Part shown: piece by piece, positions 54,876 through 64,000 of the stretch
How the letters are laid out: each line of letters starts with the position of its first letter
Position numbering within the stretch: the stretch's first letter is position 1
Origin: an uncultured Candidatus Saccharibacteria bacterium
Lineage (GTDB): Bacteria > Patescibacteriota > Minisyncoccia > Phycocordibacterales > UBA2100
Assembly (NCBI GenBank): GCA_964623775.1
Contig: CAZUVH010000005.1
Span: 1,546 to 65,545 of the forward strand
DNA: 64,000 bases
Reading direction: 5' to 3'
Notes under the pieces: model-generated
What the model was told of the DNA's origin: nothing
What the model saw: only the letters and a program-made list of their open reading frames with translations
Databases searched by the model: none
Program-made: the position numbers and the translations under genes

Positions 54876-56876
54876 ATGAACAAAATATTTCTTCGCTCAT
54901 TGGCGCTCGCCTTTGCGCTCATCTTTATTGTTGCGATACAGCCGGTATCTGCGCAGCTACTTCCACGAGTCGAAGACAACGCGCGTCCGGAAGTAAAAGG
55001 GGTAAAGGTTTCCCTCGAGGAAGATCACACTCATCCCGAAATCGACAGGAAAAAAATCACGAAACCCGACGGAAGCAATGCGAGCGGGGAAACAATGCAG
55101 TCCCGACAAAAAGAGCAGCCGCGTGCAGGGGCACGTCTTCAGGTCGCGCCGCTCGCCTCTGAGCCCGCCTCATCGGCACAGGCTTCGTCGCCGCAACCCT
55201 CCGCAATTTCCGCTGCGGAAGTACCCAACCTGATCAGTAACCCTGACCTCGAGACGGCCGGCTCCCCCGGATTGCCGCAGAGTTGGCAAAAGGGTGGCTA
55301 TGGGGCCAATACGCGCACACTCACCTATCCGGTCACGAGCATGAACGGCACGAAATCCATTGAGGTCGCAATTACGAGCTATACGGGTGGCGATGCGAAA
55401 TGGTTTTTCAACGATGTGGGTGTAAGCGGTGGAAGTACGTACGAGTTTTCTGACGACTATAAATCGAGCACGCAATCGTACGTAACGGTGCGATTCGCGT
55501 TCCCCAACGGCACCTTCACATACCACGGCATAGCGACATTGCCGCCAAGCGCGACCGTACAGCGCTACACGGGTCAATTTACCGCCCCTGCTGGCGCGAC
55601 ATCAGCTACCGTCTTTCACCTCATACAAAGTGTGGGCACGCTCTCTACCGACAATTATTCTCTGACGGCTGTCGGTTCAAATCCGCCACCACCCCCCCCG
55701 CCCCCGCCTCCCCCTACATCCGGCAACCTCATCCCCAACGGCAATTTCGAAACAACGGGTACCAACGGCTTGCCGACAGGATGGGCCACCGGAAAATGGG
55801 GCACGAACAATGCAGTATTTGCGTACCCGGTCGCGGGGCCTGAGGGATCGAAGGCCGCACGCGTCTCGATGACGACACGCACAAGCGGAGACGCGAAGTG
55901 GCATTTCACGCCACTCGCCCTCTCTGCCGGCCCCTATACGTATAGTAATCAATACAGCGCCGACGTGCCGACCTTCATGACCGTACAATTTCAAAATTCA
56001 AGCGGAGGTCTCTCCTATCTCGATATCGGCACACTGCCAGCCTCAAGCGGATGGAACGCTGCGACTGCCAACTTCACGGTACCCGCAGGCACAACCAACG
56101 TGACTGTTTTCCACCTCCTCAATCGCCCCGGGTCTCTCACGATCGATAATGTGAGTCTCACCGGAGACGGCACACCCCCGCCACCACCCCCTCCTGGCGG
56201 CAATATCTTCGACACAGGTGCGGTCACGCTGCGATTCGATGACAACCGCATTTCACAGCAGAACAACGCACTCCCGAAATTAAATTCTGCCGGACTCAAG
56301 GGAACGTTCTACGTCGTCTCGAGACAAAACGCAGACTTCGGTTTCTCGGGCTACATGTCGATCGCGCAGATCAAGGCAGCAGCAGCGCAGGGTCACGAAA
56401 TCGGAGCGCACACGCGTACTCATGCCGATCTCGCCGCACTCTCCAGCTCGCAGCAATTGCAGGAAATCCAGGGCGCTCGGCAAGACATCATCGGATGGGG
56501 TGGCACGGGACCGGTGGGCTCATTCGCCTATCCGTTTGGCTCATATACGGCGACGACTATTCAGATCGTGAAAAATGCGGGATTCACAAGCGCAGCCGCG
56601 ACGATCGACGGTCACGTGACACTTTCATCTGACCCCTACCAGCTTGAGCGTAGACCGGTCAATTCGAATATTTCACTCACTCAGCTCAAGCAGTGGATCG
56701 ATCAAGCAGACGCGAACAACACATGGCTCATTCTCGGCATTCACGATGTCTTACCGAGTTGCGGCAGCAACCTCTACTGCACGACCACAACGACCTTCAA
56801 TGCGATGATCGACTACCTTGTTCAAAAAGGTGTTCCTGTCGTGACGACTGCAGAGGGAATCCAGTCACTCCAGTAA
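54876..56876 (+). CDS. Secreted polysaccharide deacetylase (CE4/NodB) with two CBM-like beta-sandwich repeats joined by poly-Pro linkers
   Basis: Signal peptide. Two about 150-aa repeats (LI.N.DLET.G..GLP..W). PPPPPPPPPP linkers. NodB motifs LRFDDN, HEIGAHTRTH. Confidence 0.7.
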   Translation: MNKIFLRSLALAFALIFIVAIQPVSAQLLPRVEDNARPEVKGVKVSLEEDHTHPEIDRKKITKPDGSNASGETMQSRQKEQPRAGARLQVAPLASEPASSAQASSPQPSAISAAEVPNLISNPDLETAGSPGLPQSWQKGGYGANTRTLTYPVTSMNGTKSIEVAITSYTGGDAKWFFNDVGVSGGSTYEFSDDYKSSTQSYVTVRFAFPNGTFTYHGIATLPPSATVQRYTGQFTAPAGATSATVFHLIQSVGTLSTDNYSLTAVGSNPPPPPPPPPPPTSGNLIPNGNFETTGTNGLPTGWATGKWGTNNAVFAYPVAGPEGSKAARVSMTTRTSGDAKWHFTPLALSAGPYTYSNQYSADVPTFMTVQFQNSSGGLSYLDIGTLPASSGWNAATANFTVPAGTTNVTVFHLLNRPGSLTIDNVSLTGDGTPPPPPPPGGNIFDTGAVTLRFDDNRISQQNNALPKLNSAGLKGTFYVVSRQNADFGFSGYMSIAQIKAAAAQGHEIGAHTRTHADLAALSSSQQLQEIQGARQDIIGWGGTGPVGSFAYPFGSYTATTIQIVKNAGFTSAAATIDGHVTLSSDPYQLERRPVNSNISLTQLKQWIDQADANNTWLILGIHDVLPSCGSNLYCTTTTTFNAMIDYLVQKGVPVVTTAEGIQSLQ

Positions 56877-56999
56877 GTTTCAAGTTTGAGAAAATTGATG
56901 AGATGCGAGGCGCGGAGAATGCGGCGCGCGAGTCGTATAGTGTATACGATGAGCGCGACGCAGAGCTCTGCAACGACGCAGCTCGCGATTTTATCAAAC

Positions 57000-59069
57000 T
57001 TATATTCTAAGCACGCTTAATAAACTAGTGTAGTCGTCGGTCCACAGTGGCGCCTGCTTCACATCAGGCGGCAAGAACAAGTGGGCATCAGTAAATACGG
57101 GTGCGGCAAAGGCCTTGGGATCTTTCACGAGCAATACCCACACTGAGGGCGTGCCCATCTCGCTCGATGATCCGGAATCTCGTATGATTTTTCCGGTAAA
57201 TCCGAGCTGCAGCGCGATTTTGAGTACCACGGGTGGCAAATCAAGGTAACGATTCGATGTGTGGACGGCGATGATGCTCTGCGGCGAGCGCAAATGCGAT
57301 GCGTACATCGCGAATGCTTGATACGTAAGGAGGTGCACCGGAATTGTGTCGTCGGTGAAAGCGTCGAGGACGAGTATGTCATACTCTCCTTTTTGCTCAT
57401 CGCGCAGCTCTTGTTCAAGACTCAGTCGGCCATCGCCCATGTGGACGTCGATTCCGTCACAATTCTGTAGATAGCTGAAATTCGTTCGTGCGATCTGTAC
57501 GATGCGCGGATCAATCTCGTAATAGACAAACGTGTCTCCAGGACGGCAATAGGCGGCGATCGATCCGGTACCGAGCCCGACAATGCCGGCGCGCAAATCC
57601 CCGTCCTTGCCAGCGCCCCTGCGAAGCGATAGCTCATACAGCATCGCACGACCGAAACCGCTGCTGGGCACGTAATAGCCGCTCGGCGCGTGTTGCCACT
57701 CCTTCATGCGTGATTGATACCCATGGATCGTCGAACCATGCATGAGAACCGTCATCTGGTCCTGGAAGCGCACTTTCACCGCTCCGTAGAAATTGCGCGA
57801 AGCGATAAATGGCGCACCGGTGTCCGTATACATGAGATTGAAAAAGAGCCCGAACGAGAGGAGCCCAAACGCGATTTTGATTAATCGTATGTTGCCCGCA
57901 TCCAGAATTCTTGGAAAAAAATCTTCGGAAAGTTTCCATCCGGCGAGAGCGGCGATGATCGCCATACACAGCGTAAATTCCCAAAAGTCGGTAAATATGA
58001 CCGGCGCGAGGATACTGCCCAAGAGGATGCCGAGCATGCCGCCAAAAGATATAAGGAGATAAAAAAGCGGCAGTCGCTGTACCGAAGGACGTGATCGGTA
58101 AAGCTCGGCACTGAAAAAAAGGCTCCCCAAGAAAAGAAGTGCGAGGTTCGCACCAACCTCGTATGAGACGAAAAACGGGCCCGCCCCGCGATAATCGTAT
58201 GCAAAGTACAGCGAGACGAGAACGAGCGCTGGCACGTATATCGACTGCCCTCTACCTCCAAACGCGAGAATAAGCGCGCCGAGGTAGAGCATGAGCGGCA
58301 TGATCCACAAGAGCGGCACGGGGGCGACCGTCTGCGTGATCGTCGTGGTCGTCGCAAGCAGGAGCAATGCCGGGATCGCTGCGTACGCCACCCACATGAG
58401 TGCGGTGCGCGCGTGTACAGCCGGCGCCTGCATACGTTGTGCTCGACTCACGTTCGATGAATTGCGCAGAAATTTCAGTGTAATGACGAGCGTGACGATG
58501 GTGTATGCGACAAAGAGCACCGTCCAGATGCCCTTCTCGCTTGAAAGCGGTATGAAGGGCTCGATAAGAAAAATGTATCCAATAAGCGCGAGGAGTGAAC
58601 CTGCATTCGAGAGTGCATACAGTTTATAGGGCTCGCTATCTGATGTGAGCCCATACCAATACTGGAGAAGCGGCCCTGTCGTCGAAAGTAAAAAATACGG
58701 CGCTCCGATCATTACAAAAAGCGCAAAGAGTACCCCAATCGCCGGCGAATCATTCACAAACGCAAGTACTTGCGTTTGTGAAAAGAGAGATGCTATCGAC
58801 AAAAAAAGAGCGAACGCGACGACGCAGGCATGGATGATCGCCTGTTTCCTGCCGTCATACATGGCGAGCACATACACGTACGCGTAGCCAACGAATAGCA
58901 TGCCGGTGAAAAAAAGGAGGCTTGTCGCCCACACCGAAGACGACCCGCCAAAGTACGGCAGTAAGTACTTCCCTGCGATCGGCTGTATGACGAAAAGCAG
59001 AAATGCGCTCAAAAAGATGGTGAGCGCATACATGAGATACGTGGTAGAGAGCCGCTCCTTGATCGACAT
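57000..59069 (-). CDS. Polytopic membrane protein fused to a spermidine-synthase-like (aminopropyl/methyltransferase fold) C-terminal domain
   Basis: At least 12 TM helices. C-terminal YYEIDPRIV...YDILVLDAF block. Confidence 0.6.
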   Translation of the reverse strand: MSIKERLSTTYLMYALTIFLSAFLLFVIQPIAGKYLLPYFGGSSSVWATSLLFFTGMLFVGYAYVYVLAMYDGRKQAIIHACVVAFALFLSIASLFSQTQVLAFVNDSPAIGVLFALFVMIGAPYFLLSTTGPLLQYWYGLTSDSEPYKLYALSNAGSLLALIGYIFLIEPFIPLSSEKGIWTVLFVAYTIVTLVITLKFLRNSSNVSRAQRMQAPAVHARTALMWVAYAAIPALLLLATTTTITQTVAPVPLLWIMPLMLYLGALILAFGGRGQSIYVPALVLVSLYFAYDYRGAGPFFVSYEVGANLALLFLGSLFFSAELYRSRPSVQRLPLFYLLISFGGMLGILLGSILAPVIFTDFWEFTLCMAIIAALAGWKLSEDFFPRILDAGNIRLIKIAFGLLSFGLFFNLMYTDTGAPFIASRNFYGAVKVRFQDQMTVLMHGSTIHGYQSRMKEWQHAPSGYYVPSSGFGRAMLYELSLRRGAGKDGDLRAGIVGLGTGSIAAYCRPGDTFVYYEIDPRIVQIARTNFSYLQNCDGIDVHMGDGRLSLEQELRDEQKGEYDILVLDAFTDDTIPVHLLTYQAFAMYASHLRSPQSIIAVHTSNRYLDLPPVVLKIALQLGFTGKIIRDSGSSSEMGTPSVWVLLVKDPKAFAAPVFTDAHLFLPPDVKQAPLWTDDYTSLLSVLRI

Positions 59070-59130
59070 AGTAGAAGCAGTGTACACGAAAAAAAGCCCT
59101 GCTGTCGGCAGGGCTTTCGATTGAGTCAAT

Positions 59131-59772
59131 TCACCAAGGAGTTTCCTCTTGCTCCAGCAGAGTGAGCGGATCTCCCCGCTCAATACGATGTTGCCGTACA
59201 AATTCAATCAAGTCCGAGGGTTGAATCATGTCATTAGAATTTTCGGCATTCATCGAGTCGGCATATTCAAGCAATCGATCCAAGACCTCGAAGATCCCTT
59301 CGCGCACCGTAGCTGGACCCACCCAACCTGCCGCGATTTTGTCAGTATTGATTTCATTTTGGACATACGCTTTGCGACTGGCTATTAATTGGAGTCTTGC
59401 GAACGCCTCATACCCGCCCTTCAGGTGCGCAAATTCATGCGCAATAATCCCTTCTAGTGCGCGGATTGAAGATCGCTCTACGATAACTGGCGACAATAGT
59501 ATGACGTGAACCGCAGGTGAAGGTTTCTGAAGAAAACCAGCGTTTACGAACGAATAGACACCAGGATACCTTTTGCCCGTCCATTCACACACGAGGTATG
59601 GCTCGGTGATGCCAACCAAGGATCGTACCCGCTTCACCGTTTCGTGAACTCGTGCATTTGAGCTCTCTTGGACTTTCATTCCCTCCAACTGCCCAATTCC
59701 AAAAAGCGGACAGTCGTCCGCAAACGCGGGCGCAGTGAGTAGTGCAAAGAGAAGTCCGATGATGAGACGCAT
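59131..59772 (-). CDS. Secreted zinc metallopeptidase (HExxH)
   Basis: Signal peptide MRLIIGLLFALLTAPAFA. IIAHEFAH motif. Confidence 0.6.
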   Translation of the reverse strand: MRLIIGLLFALLTAPAFADDCPLFGIGQLEGMKVQESSNARVHETVKRVRSLVGITEPYLVCEWTGKRYPGVYSFVNAGFLQKPSPAVHVILLSPVIVERSSIRALEGIIAHEFAHLKGGYEAFARLQLIASRKAYVQNEINTDKIAAGWVGPATVREGIFEVLDRLLEYADSMNAENSNDMIQPSDLIEFVRQHRIERGDPLTLLEQEETPW

Positions 59773-59902
59773 CTCCCATCTCCCTATAACTATTGACTGC
59801 CGACACAGTAGAACAATGTCTGCATTTGGTCAATTTTGACAAACCAACCTCAGGTGCGACCATTCAGGTCAGATAAAATTGTCCAACCTTGAGGAGATCC
59901 CG

Positions 59903-60508
59903 ATGAAAATTCTCGGCTTCGATGGTTCTACGCACAAACGCGGTGGATCCGTCACGCGCCTACTTCACGAAGCGCTCAAAGCTGCGGCCGATGAGGCACC
60001 GCATTTCGGCGAGACTGTATCGTCCGAAATAATCACCCTGCTCGATGTCTGCGAACAGCCCGACGTCCCCTTCTACGATTACAAAATCCCGGGACAACCC
60101 GACCCCGTCAAAGCGATATTCGAAAAAATGCGCGACGCAGACGGATTTATATTCGCAACGCCGGTCAATTGGTACAACGTGAGCTCGCCGATGAAATTCT
60201 TCATCGACTGGCTCACTGACCTCGTGGATCCGGAGTGGCAAGACGTCATGGAAGGAAAGCCGGCCGGAATCATCGCGCATTGCAACGATGACGGCGGCAA
60301 TCAAGCTGCAATGAGTATGATGGCTCCGCTCTTTCATTTTGGAGCAGCGTTTGGTCCGTATGCCCCCTTTTATCGCAACGAACTTGCGGCCGAGAAAAGC
60401 GCGGATAGGTGGCAGATGACTCACCAACTACTCGTGGGTCAAAATGTCGTCCGGATGATTGCATGCCTGCGGCACAACCACCGCGGCTGGCATTTGACGG
60501 ACGAGTAA
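59903..60508 (+). CDS. NAD(P)H-dependent FMN reductase / flavodoxin-like fold protein
   Basis: GAGGAG RBS. MKILGFDGSTHKRGGS...IFATPVNWYNVS pattern. Confidence 0.65.
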   Translation: MKILGFDGSTHKRGGSVTRLLHEALKAAADEAPHFGETVSSEIITLLDVCEQPDVPFYDYKIPGQPDPVKAIFEKMRDADGFIFATPVNWYNVSSPMKFFIDWLTDLVDPEWQDVMEGKPAGIIAHCNDDGGNQAAMSMMAPLFHFGAAFGPYAPFYRNELAAEKSADRWQMTHQLLVGQNVVRMIACLRHNHRGWHLTDE

Positions 60509-60583
60509 TCGATCCGCCGTGTCTCAGATGACACGGCGGTTTTCCTTTTTCGCGTCTTTACCAAATGAGAGGAAGCTCTTAGG

Positions 60584-61270
60584 ATGATTCATATGCCTAC
60601 GGCTACTGACGAGAAAAAGTGGGACATGCTCAAGCACGGCATGCACATATGCTCGATCTATCGGAATCACGAGGAGCAATTTTCTCCGATTCTCCCCTTT
60701 TTCCGATACGGATTCGACAACAAAGAAAAGTGTGTGTATGTCTTCGACCAGGAGCCTCCGCAGCCGATCTATACAGAGTTTGATCACGTCCAGAATTTTC
60801 CCCGCGACTTCAAAACTGCGCGGCAGATCGAGGTGATCCCCTATGAAGACGTCTACACAAAGGAGGGGGCTTTTGACCCCGACAAGACAATGTCGCTTTT
60901 CAACGAAAGTGTCACCCACTCTCATGATCAGGGTTATTCCGGCTTGCGGGTGGCAGGAGAGATGGGTTGGACGCTTTTGAGTGGTACGCCGATATCGAAA
61001 CTCATCCAGTACGAATTAAAGCTCAATACTTTCTTTCCGAACAAGGACCTCATCGGCATATGTCAGTATCATGAAGCGAGTTTTGATCGCGACATCCTCA
61101 CCGACATAATCTGCACCCACCCGTATGTCATCCTCTATGGCAAAATCTATGAAAATAAATATTTTTATACGAGCCCCGAATACGTGCACAATCCCTCGCG
61201 GAAGCTGCGGCCGGAATACTACGAAACGATGGTCTCGATATTACTCGAGCAAGAGCCGATGATCGGTTGA
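60584..61270 (+). CDS. MEDS-domain protein
   Basis: HICSIYRNHEE start of the MEDS pattern. Bidirectional terminator at 61283-61308. Confidence 0.5.
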   Translation: MIHMPTATDEKKWDMLKHGMHICSIYRNHEEQFSPILPFFRYGFDNKEKCVYVFDQEPPQPIYTEFDHVQNFPRDFKTARQIEVIPYEDVYTKEGAFDPDKTMSLFNESVTHSHDQGYSGLRVAGEMGWTLLSGTPISKLIQYELKLNTFFPNKDLIGICQYHEASFDRDILTDIICTHPYVILYGKIYENKYFYTSPEYVHNPSRKLRPEYYETMVSILLEQEPMIG

Positions 61271-61322
61271 AATTTCAATAAAAAAAGAGCCCTGAGTGGG
61301 GCTCTTAAAGTTGTGCACAGAC

Positions 61323-61913
61323 TCACGCACCGACGCGCTGAGCGAAAGAAAGTTGCGGCTGGGCGTAGAATGCCGCTTTCTCCACCACCTCTTCCATCGT
61401 GTCGTAAATCGGGAATCCAGGCAGCGCGAGCTCGAAGTTACGCTTGATCGTCCGGAGACCCGGAAAATCTTTTTCCGCACCGATCACGACCCGCAGATTC
61501 GGATTGTGCTGCAGATGACCGCGCCACTCGCCGATTTCACCGCGAGTATCCATGGCATACGGCATACCATCGGGACGCTCTTCTTTCTGTGTCGCGAGCC
61601 AGAAAATGACGCAGCCTGTCGGCCACAGCTCTGCCGCCTGCACGAGATAGTGCCGCTCCCAGTCCGTCTGGCGCTCGAAGAAATTCACATCCGATAGAGA
61701 TTGAGCGATGTGGCTGGTCTCCCTTTCGAGGTACTCGTGATACTTGTAGTGTGGGTGCGAAGACGCGTAGCGACTCGGATTGACTACGATCAGATCATTG
61801 AGCCGCTTCTTCAACATCTCCGACATCGGCACATGCCAGTCACCGCCGCCAAGGATCGGACCGGCGAGGAAGAACATCGGGAGCGCGCGAAAGCCGTCCA
61901 AGACGGGGTGCAT
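61323..61913 (-). CDS. Hypothetical protein with nucleoside 2-deoxyribosyltransferase-like (FLAGP) motif
   Basis: PMFFLAGPILGGGDWH. Confidence 0.4.
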   Translation of the reverse strand: MHPVLDGFRALPMFFLAGPILGGGDWHVPMSEMLKKRLNDLIVVNPSRYASSHPHYKYHEYLERETSHIAQSLSDVNFFERQTDWERHYLVQAAELWPTGCVIFWLATQKEERPDGMPYAMDTRGEIGEWRGHLQHNPNLRVVIGAEKDFPGLRTIKRNFELALPGFPIYDTMEEVVEKAAFYAQPQLSFAQRVGA

Positions 61914-62048
61914 TTTGGGAAGGACTAAAAACATGCGTACAAATCCTTTGCGTGATTTCTGCCAGCACTATGACATAAATTTTAGAGTAAATCAAATTTC
62001 GACATCAAGCGGCCCGATCGAAAATTACGATTTGGTATACTGACTCAT

Positions 62049-62531
62049 ATGAACACACAACCCAAGAATACGATTAGCCTCTGGTTTGAAAAAGACGCAC
62101 TTGCCGCGGCAGAATTTTATGCTGCCACTTTTCCTGATAGCAAGGTTGGCGCCGTTTTCCATGCACCCTCTGATTTTCCGGGCGGCAAGGCGGGCGACGT
62201 GCTGACGGTGGAATTTACCGTATGTGGTATCCCCTGCATTGGTATCAATGGTGGGCCGGTCTTCAAGCAGTCTGAGGCTTTCTCTTTTCAGATCGCGACG
62301 GATGATCAGGAGGAAACGGATCGCTACTGGAATGCGATCGTCGGCAATGGCGGTCAGGAAAGCGCATGCGGCTGGTGCAAGGACAAATGGGGTCTGTCTT
62401 GGCAGATCACTCCGCGCGTATTGACTGAAGCAATGGCTGCAGGCGGAGCCGAGGCAAAGCGCGCCTTCGATGCGATGATGACAATGCAAAAAATTGACGT
62501 CGCCGCGATAGAGGCGGCTCGCAGAGGCTAA
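62049..62531 (+). CDS. VOC-superfamily protein (3-demethylubiquinone-9 3-methyltransferase / PhnB-like domain)
   Basis: ISLWFEKDALAAAEFY...CGWCKDKWGLSWQI. Confidence 0.7.
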   Translation: MNTQPKNTISLWFEKDALAAAEFYAATFPDSKVGAVFHAPSDFPGGKAGDVLTVEFTVCGIPCIGINGGPVFKQSEAFSFQIATDDQEETDRYWNAIVGNGGQESACGWCKDKWGLSWQITPRVLTEAMAAGGAEAKRAFDAMMTMQKIDVAAIEAARRG

Positions 62532-62545
62532 GCTTCGTATATTCG

Positions 62546-62971
62546 TTATTTTTTTGGAGCGAGTTCCACAGTCCACTCAATACCGTATTTGTCTCTAAAC
62601 ATCGCAAAGTAGGTACCCCAAGGGCTCTGATCCATCGGCATTTCAACCGTCCCACCTGCTGAAAGGCCGCTGAAAATCCTGTCTACTTCCTCTTTGCTTT
62701 CTGCGATAACCGCGATCTTAGACCGATTTTCGTTCTCGTTGACCCGTCCCATGCTTTCCGGAACGTCGTTTGCAATCAAGACGTTGCTGCCGATCGGTAG
62801 AGTGATGCGCATTATTTTATGTGCCTCGTTTTCAGGTACTGGGAACTCGGCGCTTGCTATGTCTTTAAAACGAGTGATTCTCCCGAACTCTCCGCCAAAA
62901 ACGGATTTGTAAAATGTAAACGCTTCCTCGGCATTTCCGTTGAAATTGATGTAGGGATTGATCGTTGCCAT
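62546..62971 (-). CDS. VOC-superfamily (glyoxalase/PhnB-like) protein
   Basis: YINFNGNAEEAFTFYKSVFGG...DKYGIEW. Confidence 0.7.
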   Translation of the reverse strand: MATINPYINFNGNAEEAFTFYKSVFGGEFGRITRFKDIASAEFPVPENEAHKIMRITLPIGSNVLIANDVPESMGRVNENENRSKIAVIAESKEEVDRIFSGLSAGGTVEMPMDQSPWGTYFAMFRDKYGIEWTVELAPKK

Positions 62972-63031
62972 AATTATTATTTTTTATGAGCTAATTATTT
63001 TTCCTCATAAAAGGATTATATCATTTGAGCC

Positions 63032-63586
63032 TTAAGGGTTGGGATTGTGTTTTTCGTCCCTTTCTTTAAATAAATCATAAGGTACACCTGGCGGGTAAAG
63101 GTCTTTCACCTTTTTTAATATCGTTTGGTAAGTCCCCTCCTCATCTGGAGACCAAAATCCTTTAAATTTTCCAGTGTTAAGGTTCTTACGCGGAAGTCTT
63201 CCGGCAACTATGTAGTATCCAATCCTTTCCAAAATCTCTTCTTCATCATCTGTGAACTGCAGATTCTCTACATCGGCGGCCATTACATTCAAACTGTGTT
63301 GCGAATATTTACCTATCTGTATTTCACCATTACCTGAAGTAATTTTTTTCTGCATGACCAAAAGTCCTTTTAAAAGACATTCTATGCTCATTCCTTTTAG
63401 CATTAAAAGGACTGGCGTGTGATATTGCTTACCATTATTAAAATTTCCGGTTCTATAAGTTTCGGAAGCATGGTCTTCTTTCTCAAGAACTTTGATTGCA
63501 GCTTCTAATCTTTCAGAGTAAATGAGCCATAACCTATAATCAGTTATAAGTTCATCAAACCCTTTTCTTTCATCTATTTCGTTCAT
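63032..63586 (-). CDS. Hypothetical protein in an AT-rich segment
   Basis: 184-aa ORF. Local GC clearly lower than surroundings. Confidence 0.4.
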   Translation of the reverse strand: MNEIDERKGFDELITDYRLWLIYSERLEAAIKVLEKEDHASETYRTGNFNNGKQYHTPVLLMLKGMSIECLLKGLLVMQKKITSGNGEIQIGKYSQHSLNVMAADVENLQFTDDEEEILERIGYYIVAGRLPRKNLNTGKFKGFWSPDEEGTYQTILKKVKDLYPPGVPYDLFKERDEKHNPNP

Positions 63587-63733
63587 GAGGGCACAGGTTG
63601 CAAAGTATTATTGGTGCTTCGCCCCATTATACTCAGCACACATCAACCTTGGCTCGCGGTCGCAAGGCGACATCGCTCCGGCCGTCACAAAAGCAGAAAA
63701 ACCTGCAGCAGTGCAGGTTTGTTCTGTAATTTG

Positions 63734-63805
63734 TGACCCTACCGGGAATCGAACCCGGGTTAACGCCTTGAAAAGGCGCTGTCCTAACCACTAGACGATA
63801 GGGCC
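63734..63805 (-). tRNA. tRNA-Glu(TTC)
   Basis: RC: GGCCCTATCGTCTAGTGGTTAGGACAGCGCCTTTTCAAGGCGTTAACCCGGGTTCGATTCCCGGTAGGGTCA. Own-strand terminator at 63688-63720. Confidence 0.85.
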
Positions 63806-63907
63806 TAAAAACATCCCTACCGTTGGATCGATAGGGCCTTGCGGGACAATATAACGTATTTTCTAATGTTAATAAAGTGTGGTATTTTGGTCAGGTTCGA
63901 CCCAAAA

Positions 63908-63993
63908 GGAGAGGTGGCTGAGTGGTCTAAAGCACCGGTTTCGAAAACCGGCATACTCAAAAGGTATCGAGAGTTCGAATCTCTCCCTCTCCG
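63908..63993 (+). tRNA. tRNA-Ser(CGA)
   Basis: GGAGAGGTGGCTGAGTGGTCTAAAGCACCGGTTTCGAAAACCGG + long variable arm + GAGAGTTCGAATCTCTCCCTCTCCG. Confidence 0.85.
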
Positions 63994-64000
63994 CAGATTT

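Overview
The window is 64 kb of moderately GC-rich (about 55-60%) bacterial chromosome. Density is high, with roughly 75 protein genes and 9 tRNAs. Gene content looks like a small-genome Patescibacteria/CPR-type organism: a short-form IF-2 of 498 aa, many tiny secreted or membrane proteins, and a divergent HisRS. Housekeeping backbone: parB (truncated at the window start), miaA, radC, rpmG, rpsT, an acyltransferase, clpB, iscS-like, infB-rbfA, gyrA, rpsA, pth, lepB, hisS-like, rpsU, ybeY, ftsA, ftsZ, trxB, and nine tRNAs (Leu-CAA, Trp, Tyr, Cys, Leu-TAA, Lys-CTT, Leu-TAG, Glu, Ser-CGA). Accessory and unusual content: (1) a Ro60/Rsr-like TROVE+vWA protein with two tandem structured repeats in its upstream region (candidate Y-RNA-like ncRNAs); (2) a minus-strand operon of five paralogous double-TM pilin-like (VirB2/TrbC-topology) small proteins plus a membrane-anchored solute-binding protein and a methyltransferase, with a sixth paralog beside tRNA-Trp; (3) an isolated cassette with a perfect sigma70 consensus promoter, strong RBS and strong terminator around an approximately 350-nt ORF of very odd composition, which may be an ncRNA; (4) a lower-GC islet downstream of gyrA with three paralogous small ORFs; (5) a copper nitrite reductase (nirK); (6) a PAS sensor kinase and a membrane HtrA-like protein that both look catalytically degenerate; (7) carbohydrate-active enzymes (GH4, GH1) and secreted PT-linker/poly-Pro multi-domain proteins (SH3b-containing; CBM + CE4 deacetylase); (8) small duplications at the rpmG 3' end and at the 3' end of tRNA-Leu(TAA). 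No rRNA, CRISPR array or clear transposase was seen. Most ORF-track entries antisense to large genes (clpB, rsr, gyrA, iscS) are R/S-rich artefacts of the high GC.
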